From the IMG/VR virus record IMGVR_UViG_3300049445_000358: DNA of 64,000 nucleotides; one strand, 5' to 3'. Below are positions 26,606 through 36,549 of the stretch, piece after piece; the stretch's first letter is position 1, and each line of letters opens with the position of its first letter. This DNA is from a virus. The notes under the pieces are model-generated. The model had not been told where the DNA came from. It was given only the letters and a program-made list of their open reading frames with translations, and did no database searches. Made by a program: the position numbers and the translations under genes.

Positions 26606-27239
26606 CACGGACGAAGGGTGCGGAGATTGCGCCCTATGTTGCAAGCTGCTGCACATCGACCCGGAGCCTGCTGTTGCCCAGATGACCCAGGGGCAGGTAG
26701 ACTTCCCCGAGAAGCCCTGGAACACCTGGTGCAAGCACTGCAAACCGGGACACGGAGGAGGCTGCCGGATCTACCCTGTGAGACCTCAGGCTTGCGTGAC
26801 CTTCCAATGCATCTACCTACAGTCCTTAACTCGGGATGACGTACCCAAACTGGAGTACAACCTTAAGCCGAAAGTTTCTCACGTAGTACTGATGGGTTCG
26901 GTACAGGACAATATGGTTCTGTTCGCCCACTGTGACCCGGCCTACCCGAGAGCCTGGCGTAACGAGCCAATGCGCTCGCACCTGATCAATGTCTCCAACC
27001 TAGGATGCACTGTTATCATCGTAGTAGGGCGAGACCACTACGTGATGACGAAAGGCCGACCGACGGTGAAGATGACGGAGGAGCAGGCCCTTGAACTATC
27101 TAAGAATAAGTTCATCAAGCAGGGGTCGGACGGACAGCTCCATATCGGGCTTCTGGATTCCACAGTTGCATCTACTGATAGTCGGCTTGTCCCGCGCCCT
27201 GTACCTCGGGCCGACTACGACTACGACAACAAGAGATAG
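26574..27239 (+). CDS. CxxCxxCC (YkgJ-like Zn/Fe-binding) protein
   Basis: CGDCALCC...WCKHC...CRIYPVRPQACVTFQC. Confidence 0.75.
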   Translation: MQSQLTPAKVNTDEGCGDCALCCKLLHIDPEPAVAQMTQGQVDFPEKPWNTWCKHCKPGHGGGCRIYPVRPQACVTFQCIYLQSLTRDDVPKLEYNLKPKVSHVVLMGSVQDNMVLFAHCDPAYPRAWRNEPMRSHLINVSNLGCTVIIVVGRDHYVMTKGRPTVKMTEEQALELSKNKFIKQGSDGQLHIGLLDSTVASTDSRLVPRPVPRADYDYDNKR

Positions 27240-27241
27240 CT

Positions 27242-28636
27242 ATGAAGCCTTTACTGGTCACACCCCGAGACTATCAGATCGAGGGGGCCCAGAAGCTTGT
27301 CAAGAATAAGAAGGTTATTCTTGGCGACGAGATGGGCGTCGGCAAGACAGGTACAGCAGCTCTGGCTTGGCGCGAGATCGGGATGAAGGGGCCTGCTCTG
27401 CTGATCGGGCGTCCTGCAGCTCAAGCTGTATGGATCCAGCAGGCCGATCAATGGGGCATCCAGCCTCCGATGACCATTACAGGTACTCCCAAGCAGCGAC
27501 AGGCTATCTGGGAGGACATGGACTATACCTGGTTTGGGTCCTGCACCATCCAGGTCCTACGCAACGACCTCAACAGCGGGATTGCACCTAAGGGTCTGCC
27601 TGTACTCATCTACGACGAAGTTCATCGAGCCAATAACCGCAAATCAGAAAACTGGGCTACCCTGAAGAAGGTAGCGTGCGAGTACTTCTGGGGCCTAACA
27701 GGGTCGCCAATGCGTAAAGGGTTCTGGGATCTCTGGGCGCTGTTAAACCTCTGCGATCCTAAGGCCTTCTCGTCCTACTGGAACTACGTCCAGACCTTCG
27801 GCTTAACGCAAAGGGACGAGATGGATCATTGGGAGGTCTTATGCCTCAATCCTGCAGCAGCAACAGCCTTTGGCAGGAAGATCTATCCCCACTTCATCCG
27901 CAGGGAGAAAAAGGACGTCCTTCCTGAGCTACCTCCGAAGCAGCGCATTCTAGACCGTCGCATCCCAGAGATGCAACCACGGCAGCTAAAGCTTTATAAA
28001 CAGCTGGAGTCCGAGCTCATCGGGGAGCTTAGTGACGGCGAAATCATCATCGCCCAGAACCAGCTTGTCAAGCTCCTCAGGCTAAGGCAGATCCTGTGTA
28101 CGCCGAAGATCCTCGATCCTTCATTCCCAGAGTGGGGCGCAAGCCTGGAGTACCTGGGGGATATGATCGAGGAGACACAAGACCACCATTTCGTAGTATA
28201 CACTCCATTTGCAGAAGCCATCCAGTACATTTCTGCATTCCTCTCAACGAGACTGCCCGACACGCCTGTATTCTCATTCAGAGGGGGTGTGATGAACCCC
28301 CAGCAGATCGTCGACCATGCAAAGAGCTTCAAGGAGACCAGAGGCATCGCGGTCTGCTCAATCGCCTTCGCTGAGTCGTTCGAGCTGACTCCCGCTGAGT
28401 GGGCCTACTTCAATGGGTTCAGTTGGAGTTTAATCGAGAACCTCCAAGCGGAAGATCGTCAGCATAGGATGACGACTACGGCCAGTATCTCGTATTACTA
28501 CCCGATGCATGTTGGGGGTGTAGACCTTGAGCTGATGGCTCCTGTCCTCGACGAGAAAGCCGGCCACACCCTCGACGTCTATCGTACGCACAAACGTCTC
28601 AGAGACGTCCTAATCCGAGCTCGCGACAACAGGTGA
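27242..28636 (+). CDS. SNF2-family (SF2) helicase
   Basis: GDEMGVGKT, YDEVH, LTGSP, QAEDRQHR. Confidence 0.88.
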   Translation: MKPLLVTPRDYQIEGAQKLVKNKKVILGDEMGVGKTGTAALAWREIGMKGPALLIGRPAAQAVWIQQADQWGIQPPMTITGTPKQRQAIWEDMDYTWFGSCTIQVLRNDLNSGIAPKGLPVLIYDEVHRANNRKSENWATLKKVACEYFWGLTGSPMRKGFWDLWALLNLCDPKAFSSYWNYVQTFGLTQRDEMDHWEVLCLNPAAATAFGRKIYPHFIRREKKDVLPELPPKQRILDRRIPEMQPRQLKLYKQLESELIGELSDGEIIIAQNQLVKLLRLRQILCTPKILDPSFPEWGASLEYLGDMIEETQDHHFVVYTPFAEAIQYISAFLSTRLPDTPVFSFRGGVMNPQQIVDHAKSFKETRGIAVCSIAFAESFELTPAEWAYFNGFSWSLIENLQAEDRQHRMTTTASISYYYPMHVGGVDLELMAPVLDEKAGHTLDVYRTHKRLRDVLIRARDNR

Positions 28637-28640
28637 CCGA

Positions 28641-28838
28641 ATGGCGGATGTAACGACAAGAGCTATCAGTCTCAGCGAGGAAGATCGGCAGCTGACCTTA
28701 CTAGCTCTGGCTTTATGTTCTTTACTGAGACCGGGGTTCGATACAGCTCTGAGGCTAATTGCTGACCAGCTTCAGGGCGGATACATGTTCGAAGAGTTCA
28801 AAAGGTTTAATAGCGACGTAGTAAAGCCGAAGCCGTAG
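28641..28838 (+). CDS. Hypothetical protein
   Basis: Packed ORF. Confidence 0.55.
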   Translation: MADVTTRAISLSEEDRQLTLLALALCSLLRPGFDTALRLIADQLQGGYMFEEFKRFNSDVVKPKP

Positions 28839-28857
28839 TTCATCATGAAAGTCCGTC

Positions 28858-29214
28858 ATGGCATTGATCTACCGCAGGCTCGCTTTGATAGCGGGGGCCC
28901 GAGCTGAGATCCAGCCCTTGGCGAGAGCCTGGGGAGTACTCATCTGGGGTCACATTGGGAGGTACAACCTGAGAGCACTGGAGTGCTACCCCCAGCTCAA
29001 AGAGGCCCGAGCGAGACGGAGAGAGGTAAACGGTGACGGTGTTGCGTTGGTAGAGTCCGTAGAGAACATTCTTTATCCCCTTTCAGCCTATACAGCAATG
29101 TACGATACTGAAGTACACAAGCCTCCGCCCCTACCTCCGACGGAGAAGGACCTCCAGCCCTTTAGCCGCGTGGAAGATGTCTACGACCTGCCTAGGTTAC
29201 GGAAACGCGGTTGA
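28858..29214 (+). CDS. Hypothetical protein
   Basis: ORF 118 aa. Confidence 0.55.
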   Translation: MALIYRRLALIAGARAEIQPLARAWGVLIWGHIGRYNLRALECYPQLKEARARRREVNGDGVALVESVENILYPLSAYTAMYDTEVHKPPPLPPTEKDLQPFSRVEDVYDLPRLRKRG

Positions 29215-29234
29215 CACAGTTTTCGACAAAGGTA

Positions 29235-29280
29235 GACCATAAAATTGACCTAGATTTCCCTAAGGCATTCGTTATATAAT
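29235..29280 (+). promoter_or_regulatory. Box-type promoter P5
   Basis: GACCATAAAATTGACCTAG box, TATAAT starting 40 nt after the box start; colinear with P2. Confidence 0.78.
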
Positions 29281-29320
29281 ATAGATCATGTGAACTTGGT
29301 GTTAAACCTGTAGGGTGGGC

Positions 29321-30553
29321 ATGAACAACGAAGAGTTCGAATTCGACACTACAGCCCGAGAGGAACTAGACCCCATCGATATCTTCGGTGAGGCAAGGAA
29401 CTCTATCGGCCTGTATATCGAATCCACGTTCTCCTCAGCCACCAAGAAACGGACCGCCTACATCAGAACCTCCGATCGGATCACCTACCGTAGGTGCCGG
29501 AGGAAGTGGAACTGGGCCGACTCCAAGCGTCGCAATCTCCAATCAAACCAGGCTGCTAGCCCTCTGTGGCTAGGCTCGGGGTTACACTACTGCTTCGAAG
29601 ATTTCCACGGCCCACGTAACCACGAGCATCCTCGTGACGCTTTGCAGGCATACTACGATGCCACTCTGAACTCCGGTCTCCAGATTCCCTCCGACGCCGA
29701 AGACCTATTGGTACTAGGCAAAGGGATGATGGACTACTACGAGGGGTGGCTCGAACACCGCGATCCTCTTACCACATTCGTTGTCGATGGAGAACCTCAG
29801 GTCGAGGTACAAATCTTCATTGAGATCCCCAAAGAGCATCTTATCCCGTATTGCCCAGATCCGAGTATCTTAGACGAATACGACCAAATCCTCTACAGTT
29901 TAACAATCGACCGTGTCATTATCGACGAATTGGGGAGGTTATGGGTCGTCGAGTACAAGTCCGCCAAGAACTTCCAGTGGATGCATCTCGAGACCGACCA
30001 ACAGGTGACATCATATACGTGGGGTACAGGTATTAAATACCCGGGCTACCAAATTGCAGGGACGATCTACCAGCAACACAAGAAACAGATCCTTCAGCCG
30101 CCTGCGTTCCTAGCCTCCACTAAGCTGTTCTCGACCTCAAAGAGACAAAAGACCTCCCGAGCGATGTATATCAATGCGCTCAGGAACCTGTACGGCAATG
30201 ACGAAAGAGTCTGGCCGGCAGAAAATAGGCTCTTCCTCCAGTTCCTCGATACACAAGAATCACATACGGCAGACCATCTCATCCGACGTGACTACGTCGA
30301 ACGGAATGAGAATCAGGTAGCTTCTGAGTACCAGAAGATCTTGATGGAGATTCCAGAGATGCTTAACCCCAACACACCCATCTACCCCAATCCAACTCGT
30401 GACTGCTCGTGGGACTGCCCCTTCCAGACGCCGTGCATCGGCATCGATTCTGGCGAGGACTACGAGCATGAGCTCGAAGTGACTACTATGCGTCGTGATG
30501 CTCCGGAAACCTTCTGGCGCAATCATCTTCTCCTGCCCCAGCTCGTCAGCTAA
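29321..30553 (+). CDS. PD-(D/E)XK (RecB/Cas4-like) exonuclease
   Basis: YRRCRRKW, IDRV...VVEYKS, Q..SY, C-terminal CSWDCPFQTPC. Confidence 0.82.
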   Translation: MNNEEFEFDTTAREELDPIDIFGEARNSIGLYIESTFSSATKKRTAYIRTSDRITYRRCRRKWNWADSKRRNLQSNQAASPLWLGSGLHYCFEDFHGPRNHEHPRDALQAYYDATLNSGLQIPSDAEDLLVLGKGMMDYYEGWLEHRDPLTTFVVDGEPQVEVQIFIEIPKEHLIPYCPDPSILDEYDQILYSLTIDRVIIDELGRLWVVEYKSAKNFQWMHLETDQQVTSYTWGTGIKYPGYQIAGTIYQQHKKQILQPPAFLASTKLFSTSKRQKTSRAMYINALRNLYGNDERVWPAENRLFLQFLDTQESHTADHLIRRDYVERNENQVASEYQKILMEIPEMLNPNTPIYPNPTRDCSWDCPFQTPCIGIDSGEDYEHELEVTTMRRDAPETFWRNHLLLPQLVS

Positions 30554-30567
30554 CTCCAGGTATCTAA

Positions 30568-31674
30568 ATGCCAGATGCTCTCGATCCTGCAGCTTCTTTG
30601 CCGGAAGATGGCCCGGAGACAAAAGCCACAGAGGCAAAGGTTGAGGTTATGCCTCCTACCAATGGGGCAGCAGCTCCTGCAACGGTTGCACCGCAGGTTG
30701 TGGCTCCACCACAGGACACCCAGGTTAAGCCATCCAACCTGCCGCCGTTCATCATTCAGTCGAACCAAAATGCTGTTCGTTGGCTCAAGGCGTTGATCTA
30801 CGGCGAGTACGGATCAGGCAAGACCTTCTTGGTCGGTACAGCATCCGAGATCGATGTCTTCCGAGATGTTCTGTTTATCTCGACGGACGTAGGCGAGCTA
30901 ACCCTCTTCGATCCGGACTCCCAGTACCACTTCGACATGATCGACATCGTGTCGGTCTTCGACTATAAGACGCTCGGCCAAGTCCATGAATTCCTAAAAG
31001 CCCACTGTGCTTTACGCGATCGGGCATCGAACGGCGACAAAGACGCCATCGACCAGCTGATGCGTCTGCAGAAGTTTGTCATGCCCACCATCCCGGACCC
31101 CGATCGGCTACGGCTATACAAGACGGCGATTGTTGACAGCCTCGCCGAGGCCGAGAACCAGTGCATGATGCAGTTGCTCGGTGTCGGCGCCAAGACGATG
31201 ATCGACGAGGAGGTTCAAGCTGAGGGTTGGGACCAGTACCGCATGCAGAGGAACATGATTCATCGGCTCATCCGAAACTTCCGGAATCTCCCGATGAACA
31301 TCCTCTTCACCTGCCCGAGACAGTACAAAGAGAACGAGCAGAAGAGGCGCATCTATGGGCCGATGATGACGGGCAAGCTGGCCTCAGAGGTCCAAGGATT
31401 CGTTGACCTAGTAGGTCACCTAGTCGTTGGTGACCTGCAGAGCCAAGAAGCGGAAGAAGGAGAAGTCCCGGACGTGTTAGCTCCGAGGCGCCTATACATC
31501 CAGCCAGGGACACGTCACGCAGCCAAAAGTCGATTCACAAGGTACAAGAAGCCTTACTTCGACAATCCTACAATCAAGTTCATCGGTGAATCAGTCGGCC
31601 TCTTAGAGGGAGGAATGCACTCGATGGCTCCCATCGCAGTGTCCAACCCCAGGAGAGCGACAACGAAATCCTAG
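30568..31674 (+). CDS. AAA ATPase (Sak4/AAA_24-like recombination protein)
   Basis: LIYGEYGSGKT, IVDSL, AKSR; P/A-rich N-terminus. Confidence 0.8.
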   Translation: MPDALDPAASLPEDGPETKATEAKVEVMPPTNGAAAPATVAPQVVAPPQDTQVKPSNLPPFIIQSNQNAVRWLKALIYGEYGSGKTFLVGTASEIDVFRDVLFISTDVGELTLFDPDSQYHFDMIDIVSVFDYKTLGQVHEFLKAHCALRDRASNGDKDAIDQLMRLQKFVMPTIPDPDRLRLYKTAIVDSLAEAENQCMMQLLGVGAKTMIDEEVQAEGWDQYRMQRNMIHRLIRNFRNLPMNILFTCPRQYKENEQKRRIYGPMMTGKLASEVQGFVDLVGHLVVGDLQSQEAEEGEVPDVLAPRRLYIQPGTRHAAKSRFTRYKKPYFDNPTIKFIGESVGLLEGGMHSMAPIAVSNPRRATTKS

Positions 31675-31761
31675 GCATCCAGCCTAGGATGAGCCCCGGG
31701 GCCTCTCCTCAGGAAGGCATTTCGGGTGTCTCCTTTAGCAGCCTTGAACGAGGATACGTAA

Positions 31762-32343
31762 ATGGCAAAAGGTGCGTTTAGCGAATTCGAACCCGGCGGC
31801 GGTGCTGGTGGGAGCGAAGGCGAAGACGGCGACAACAGCGCCGAGATGGACTACGAAGACGGCGGCGGGATGATGGTGGATCTCTCGGGCACTTCCGAGA
31901 ACATCCAGTACAAGCTCGTCCCACGCGGCATCTACGACGCCGAGCTGATCGAGATGGAATACGGCCAGTCCCAGCGGTCCCAGAACAATATGTGGACCAC
32001 CATCTGGGAGCTCGACAGCGAGGAATTCGCCGACGAGAAGGGCAATCGCAGCCGGCAATGGATGCACTTGACCTTCACCGATGGAGGCCTGCCGCGCATC
32101 AAGCGCTTCCTGACTCGAGTCGGCGGTGACGACGAGCTCGTCTCCTACGCTCGGTCGTTGCTGACGACCAAGTTCGATCCGCAGGCCGTCGCCGACGAAG
32201 GCAAGCTGATCGGTGCCCGCGCACGTCTCCGGATTGATATCCGGCGCTACGAGGGCCAGAACCGCAACAACGTGCGGGAGATCCTACCGCCGGGTGCCGA
32301 CCAGTCGGGTGCCGCGGCGAAGGGAGCCTTCGCGAACGTCTAG
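31762..32343 (+). CDS. DUF669-like ssDNA-binding protein
   Basis: VPRGIYDAEL...RNNVREIL; acidic Gly-rich N-terminus; follows the AAA ATPase. Confidence 0.7.
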   Translation: MAKGAFSEFEPGGGAGGSEGEDGDNSAEMDYEDGGGMMVDLSGTSENIQYKLVPRGIYDAELIEMEYGQSQRSQNNMWTTIWELDSEEFADEKGNRSRQWMHLTFTDGGLPRIKRFLTRVGGDDELVSYARSLLTTKFDPQAVADEGKLIGARARLRIDIRRYEGQNRNNVREILPPGADQSGAAAKGAFANV

Positions 32344-32582
32344 CCCTATCGGGGAGCTAGACGTCGTCGCGTGGGTGTGAACGGGGTCCGTTAATCATGC
32401 ATCGAGAGTTCGCCAGGCGAGATTCAGGTACGTGTGTAGGGATCTGGTGCCCCCGGATCGCGAAGCGTAGCCTGATGAGCTGAGTGAGGATGCGCGTGTT
32501 GAGCGTACACCGGAGCGGGAGTACCAGTCCTAAACCGCCTCGCCCCGTTCGCTCCGAAACCAGATTGTTAGGATGGAACGAA
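32344..32582 (+). other. Structured intergenic region upstream of the que cluster
   Basis: Stems CTAGC/GCTAG, AACGG/CCGTT, GATC-TGG/CCG-GATC, CGGAGCG/CGCTCCG. Confidence 0.4.
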
Positions 32583-32843
32583 ATGCCTCCACTCAACGAT
32601 TTATCTGAGGTCCTGAAGGTCCTCCCACCAAAACCGGCTGAGCCGAGGAAGGGATCGGTCTGGACGAACAACAGCAACAAACACCAGTACATTGTTGTCG
32701 GATACATCTTCGACGGCACCAACAGCGTCGATGCCTGGAAGGTCCTCTATATCAAGGTTGAGGATCACTGGCCTGACCCCCAAGTCCCCTTCTGCCGGGA
32801 TGTCCCGGAGTTCCTCGAGAAGTTCACCCGGATGGGAGGGTAA
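32583..32843 (+). CDS. DUF1653-like small protein
   Basis: HQYIVVG...VLYI...FCRDVPEFLEKF; start uncertain (ORF track gives 32484). Confidence 0.55.
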   Translation: MPPLNDLSEVLKVLPPKPAEPRKGSVWTNNSNKHQYIVVGYIFDGTNSVDAWKVLYIKVEDHWPDPQVPFCRDVPEFLEKFTRMGG

Positions 32844-32849
32844 CCAGCA

Positions 32850-33602
32850 ATGAAGACCTTGGCGTATGTCCTCCTCTCAGGGGGCATTGACTCGACCACC
32901 TGCGTCGCGGAGGCTGTTGCAGCCGTAGGGCGGCGCAATGTCCGATGTGTGTCGATCGACTACGGCCAGCGACACATTCGCGAGCTGGAGTCGGCACGAG
33001 CGGTGGCAGGGTACTATGCCCGGCCTCACACCATCCTACCAGTCTCGTTCCCGCGCTCTATGCTGACGGACCCGTCCATCGAGGTTCCGAACATCTCATA
33101 CGCGGAGATCCAGGGGGTGTCCCCTACCTACGTTCCGTTTCGGAACGGGCTATTCCTGGCGACGTTGGCATCACATATCGCAGGTATCCACTTCGACCCA
33201 ACGAAGATGACTCTCCCGATGGAGAGTACGATCCCAGGCGACAACGTACCCAACCCCGAATACAACGCCGACGTTACGTTGTACTTCGGCGCGCACGCGG
33301 AGGACGCGCAGAACTGGGCGTACCCAGACTGCACACCCGAGTTCGTCGGAGCGATGGCCAACGCGCTGTACGTCGGCACATACCACAAGCTCCGGTTGGT
33401 GACCCCCTTCGTACACTCGACGAAGTCCCAAATCATCCAGCGGGGTAAACAGCTCGGCGCACCGTATTACCTGACCTGGTCCTGCTACAAGGGCGGTGAG
33501 GTACACTGCGGTACCTGTGCAACCTGTCTCGCACGAAGGGACGCCTTTATCGAGGCAGGCGTCGAAGACCCGACCATCTACATGGCCGAAGCTGCCGAGT
33601 AA
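32850..33602 (+). CDS. queC: 7-cyano-7-deazaguanine synthase
   Basis: LSGGIDS, DYGQRH, YVPFRN, YPDC, TWSCY...HCGTCATC. Confidence 0.95.
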   Translation: MKTLAYVLLSGGIDSTTCVAEAVAAVGRRNVRCVSIDYGQRHIRELESARAVAGYYARPHTILPVSFPRSMLTDPSIEVPNISYAEIQGVSPTYVPFRNGLFLATLASHIAGIHFDPTKMTLPMESTIPGDNVPNPEYNADVTLYFGAHAEDAQNWAYPDCTPEFVGAMANALYVGTYHKLRLVTPFVHSTKSQIIQRGKQLGAPYYLTWSCYKGGEVHCGTCATCLARRDAFIEAGVEDPTIYMAEAAE

Positions 33603-33651
33603 CTACACTACACTACGTATCCAACACCCGAGGGGAGGTTCAGGGCCGTAT

Positions 33652-34236
33652 ATGACGTTCAAGATCGACCGTTGCATCGAGATCGACGCAGGACACCGTG
33701 TGCCGACCCACGGGTCGAAGTGCGCAAATCCTCACGGGCATCGGTATAAGATCTTCGCCGAGTGTCAGTCGGCCAGCCTCACCCGAGAGCATCAGGGTGG
33801 AGCATACATCCATCTTCCTGGAGGCGATAAGGACGAGCAGCGGGATATGGTCATGGACTTCGGCTTCCTGAAGGAAGTCATGATGCACCATATAGACCGG
33901 ATGTGTGATCATGGCATGATCCTCTGGTGCGACGACCCTTGGGCGGCTATGATGCTGGACCCTTACCAGAACAACCCTATCGGAGTCCTACAAAGTTTGA
34001 CCCACGTGAGGGATGAGACCCTACCATTCCTCTTCGACGTCGTCGAGAAAGGCCACGATCCTCTTGCTCCACGCAAGCTGTTGATTGTGCCGTTCATTCC
34101 GACGGCAGAGCGCCTCGCAGAATTCTGGTACAACCTCATGAAGGAGGATGTCCATGTTCGGTCGAATGGGGTCGCCTATCTCAATCGCGTTAGCGTCTGG
34201 GAAACGCCGAACTGCTGCGCGTCCTACCCAGCATAA
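33652..34236 (+). CDS. queD: 6-carboxy-5,6,7,8-tetrahydropterin synthase
   Basis: DAGHR...CANPHGHRY, PTAERLA, VWETP. Confidence 0.92.
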   Translation: MTFKIDRCIEIDAGHRVPTHGSKCANPHGHRYKIFAECQSASLTREHQGGAYIHLPGGDKDEQRDMVMDFGFLKEVMMHHIDRMCDHGMILWCDDPWAAMMLDPYQNNPIGVLQSLTHVRDETLPFLFDVVEKGHDPLAPRKLLIVPFIPTAERLAEFWYNLMKEDVHVRSNGVAYLNRVSVWETPNCCASYPA

Positions 34237-34256
34237 GGAATACGTGGAGCCGGTCA

Positions 34257-34592
34257 ATGGTTGCGAAGTTCTCTGTCGGGGAGAGGGTGATTGGCCTACA
34301 GCACTCCCGAAGTCTGGCCCTGTTCGACATCCAGGAGATCTACCTGAATGCTGAGGGGAGTGCCGTCTACAAAGCCGTAAGGTGCTCGAACAACTCTCCT
34401 GAGTTCGTCGAGGAGGTTAACCTCAGCAAGTGCAACGGCAAGTACGTTGAATACGGAGGAAGTGTCTGGGACATTGAGTCAGTCCACCGGCCTGTCTTAA
34501 CGGCTCCTCCGGGTGAAGTCTCTGACGACACGAAGCTCGCCCTTAGCGACCTGGTCGAGTACCTGAATCGCAAGCACATAAGCAGAGGGTAA
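34257..34592 (+). CDS. Hypothetical protein inside the que cluster
   Basis: GGAG RBS, 111 aa. Confidence 0.6.
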   Translation: MVAKFSVGERVIGLQHSRSLALFDIQEIYLNAEGSAVYKAVRCSNNSPEFVEEVNLSKCNGKYVEYGGSVWDIESVHRPVLTAPPGEVSDDTKLALSDLVEYLNRKHISRG

Positions 34593-34596
34593 CACT

Positions 34597-35352
34597 GTGG
34601 CTAACACCGCAAAGAACATCCCGGTCATGGAGATCTTTGGACCCACCATCCAGGGTGAGGGAGCTCTAACAGGTCAGGTCTCCTACTTCATCAGGACCGG
34701 TGGCTGTGCCTATCGGTGCACCTGGTGCGACCAGATGGAAGCGGTTCTGCCGAAGGAAATCAAGAAGAACGCCACCTACCTGTCTGAGTCGCAGATCGTC
34801 GAGAAGGTCATGACTCTGCTACCTCCAGACGGTGTGCCAAACGGGTCGGACGTCTGGATGACGCTGAGCGGAGGCGACCCGCTCATGTGGAACCTCGAGT
34901 ACGTTGTCGGCTCCCTCCAGATAGCAGGAATGAAGGTAGCTGTTGAGACTCAGGGGACTCTGAACCCTATGTGGCTCCAGTACGTAGACCTCATCACCTG
35001 CTCACCAAAGCCTCCGTCCTCTGGGATGAGCCACAAGATCAACCATAACACTATCGAAAGCTACCACCGCTTGTTCGGCAAAGACAGGGTTGTCCTGAAG
35101 GTCGTCGTCTTCGATGAGAAGGACCTCGACTTCGCCCAGGCAATCCACGAGAAGTGGCCTACGACACCTTTCTACCTGAGCGTAGGCACTCCGACAGAGC
35201 AAGAGTGCCCAGACGACGACAAGATGAAACAAGCAATCCTCAAGAGGTACAGATGGCTCGCGGACGAGTTTCTCAAAAGACCAGCACTGTGGGGAGCAAC
35301 AATGGGTCCGCAGATGCACACCTTTCTGTACGCCCGCGAGAAGGGAAGGTAG
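34597..35352 (+). CDS. queE: 7-carboxy-7-deazaguanine synthase (radical SAM)
   Basis: EIFGPTIQGEG, CAYRCTWCD, SGGDP, ETQG, PQMH. Confidence 0.95.
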   Translation: MANTAKNIPVMEIFGPTIQGEGALTGQVSYFIRTGGCAYRCTWCDQMEAVLPKEIKKNATYLSESQIVEKVMTLLPPDGVPNGSDVWMTLSGGDPLMWNLEYVVGSLQIAGMKVAVETQGTLNPMWLQYVDLITCSPKPPSSGMSHKINHNTIESYHRLFGKDRVVLKVVVFDEKDLDFAQAIHEKWPTTPFYLSVGTPTEQECPDDDKMKQAILKRYRWLADEFLKRPALWGATMGPQMHTFLYAREKGR

Positions 35353-35357
35353 CGGCC

Positions 35358-36029
35358 GTGAATGAAGCTACATCTCCCGGATACGAGTACCGTCGCCCTT
35401 CTCAGTCTCCCATCAGGGAGATGATCGAGAAGAAGCTCCCTCCCGAAGGACAACGGGATAGGGATGCAGCACACTCGATACGTGCCGCTCTCGAGCAGCT
35501 CGGGATGGACTGTGACCCAGGAAATCCGTCTATCGCCAATACGCCGGAACGATTCATCAAGTACCTCAAGGAATTCTTCCAGCCGTTCGATGCAATCGAG
35601 CTCCTCGGAGAAGGCTTCGATGCGGTACACGACAACACGTCGATCAGCAGCATCGTCGCCCAGGCGCATATTCCGTTCACGGCGGTATGTGAGCATCACC
35701 TCCTCCCGTTTCAGGGAGAGGCTTTCGTTGGTTACATACCTAACCAGCGCGTCATCGGATTGTCCAAGATGGCACGTCTTGTTCATGCTGTCGGACACGA
35801 GCGTCCGGGTCTCCAGGAAGCGATGGGCGAGAAGATCGCCGACCTCCTTTATCAGGGGATCGACGCCAAGGGAGTAATGGTCGTTCTCCAGGCTAAACAC
35901 GGCTGCATGTCATGTAGAGGGGTTCACACGCCTGAGGTCGTCACTGTCACCTCCTGCGTTCGAGGGCTCTTCCGCGACGTCGTAGCTGCTCGTGAAGAAT
36001 TCCTCTTCCTCACAGGTTTCCGTCGTTGA
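35358..36029 (+). CDS. folE: GTP cyclohydrolase I
   Basis: TPERF, CEHHLLPF, GLSKMARL, LQE, HGCMSCRGV. Confidence 0.95.
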   Translation: MNEATSPGYEYRRPSQSPIREMIEKKLPPEGQRDRDAAHSIRAALEQLGMDCDPGNPSIANTPERFIKYLKEFFQPFDAIELLGEGFDAVHDNTSISSIVAQAHIPFTAVCEHHLLPFQGEAFVGYIPNQRVIGLSKMARLVHAVGHERPGLQEAMGEKIADLLYQGIDAKGVMVVLQAKHGCMSCRGVHTPEVVTVTSCVRGLFRDVVAAREEFLFLTGFRR

Positions 36030-36262
36030 CTCTGTCTACCCCTCTGAAAGAGCGCCTGGCTTTCTGGTGGAAGTTCCCCAGTAAGGGGATCTTCCACTAC
36101 GATCCAGACAAGGGTGAGGGGTCCTTCGCTGAGTCCTATGACCCCTTCAAAGACGAGATGCGCATGAGATACTCTCAGTTCGGATACGTCACGGGGCACG
36201 GCAATATCACTCTCGCAGGTTACCGAATCTATGTCGAGCCAATCCCGAAGTACAAAGACTAA
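36026..36262 (+). CDS. Hypothetical protein
   Basis: Start overlaps the folE stop. Confidence 0.55.
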   Translation: MTLSTPLKERLAFWWKFPSKGIFHYDPDKGEGSFAESYDPFKDEMRMRYSQFGYVTGHGNITLAGYRIYVEPIPKYKD

Positions 36263-36549
36263 TGCCGACACCTAAGGTTAAGGCTGCAGATGTTCTCCCG
36301 TGGTGTGCTGTCTGCGACAAGCGAGTAGACAGCATAGAGGAGATCCGTCAGCCTCATGTCAGGAAGACTCTATACATCGTACGATGTCACGGCCAGGAAG
36401 AGCGTACCGTCCTGGGCGACGAGACGATCCTCGATGCCTATTCGATCGAGGTTGGTACGGCGTTTGCAACCAGAAGGTTAGGAGCCCACGATGTCGACAC
36501 CAAGGGACGAACAAGGGATCGAAGACGAGATCCAGGCCAAGGGACTTGA
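36262..36549 (+). CDS. Hypothetical protein with CxxC
   Basis: WCAVCD...CHG; TAATG coupling. Confidence 0.6.
   Translation: MPTPKVKAADVLPWCAVCDKRVDSIEEIRQPHVRKTLYIVRCHGQEERTVLGDETILDAYSIEVGTAFATRRLGAHDVDTKGRTRDRRRDPGQGT

Noticed and set aside
29321-30553. CRISPR-Cas locus (Cas4-like nuclease)
   Set aside because: No repeat-spacer array or other cas genes seen; the context is a recombination module.
33635-33641. preQ1-I riboswitch before queD (GAGGTTC)
   Set aside because: No complementary CCTC closing strand and no A-rich 3' tail; the sequence doubles as the RBS region.
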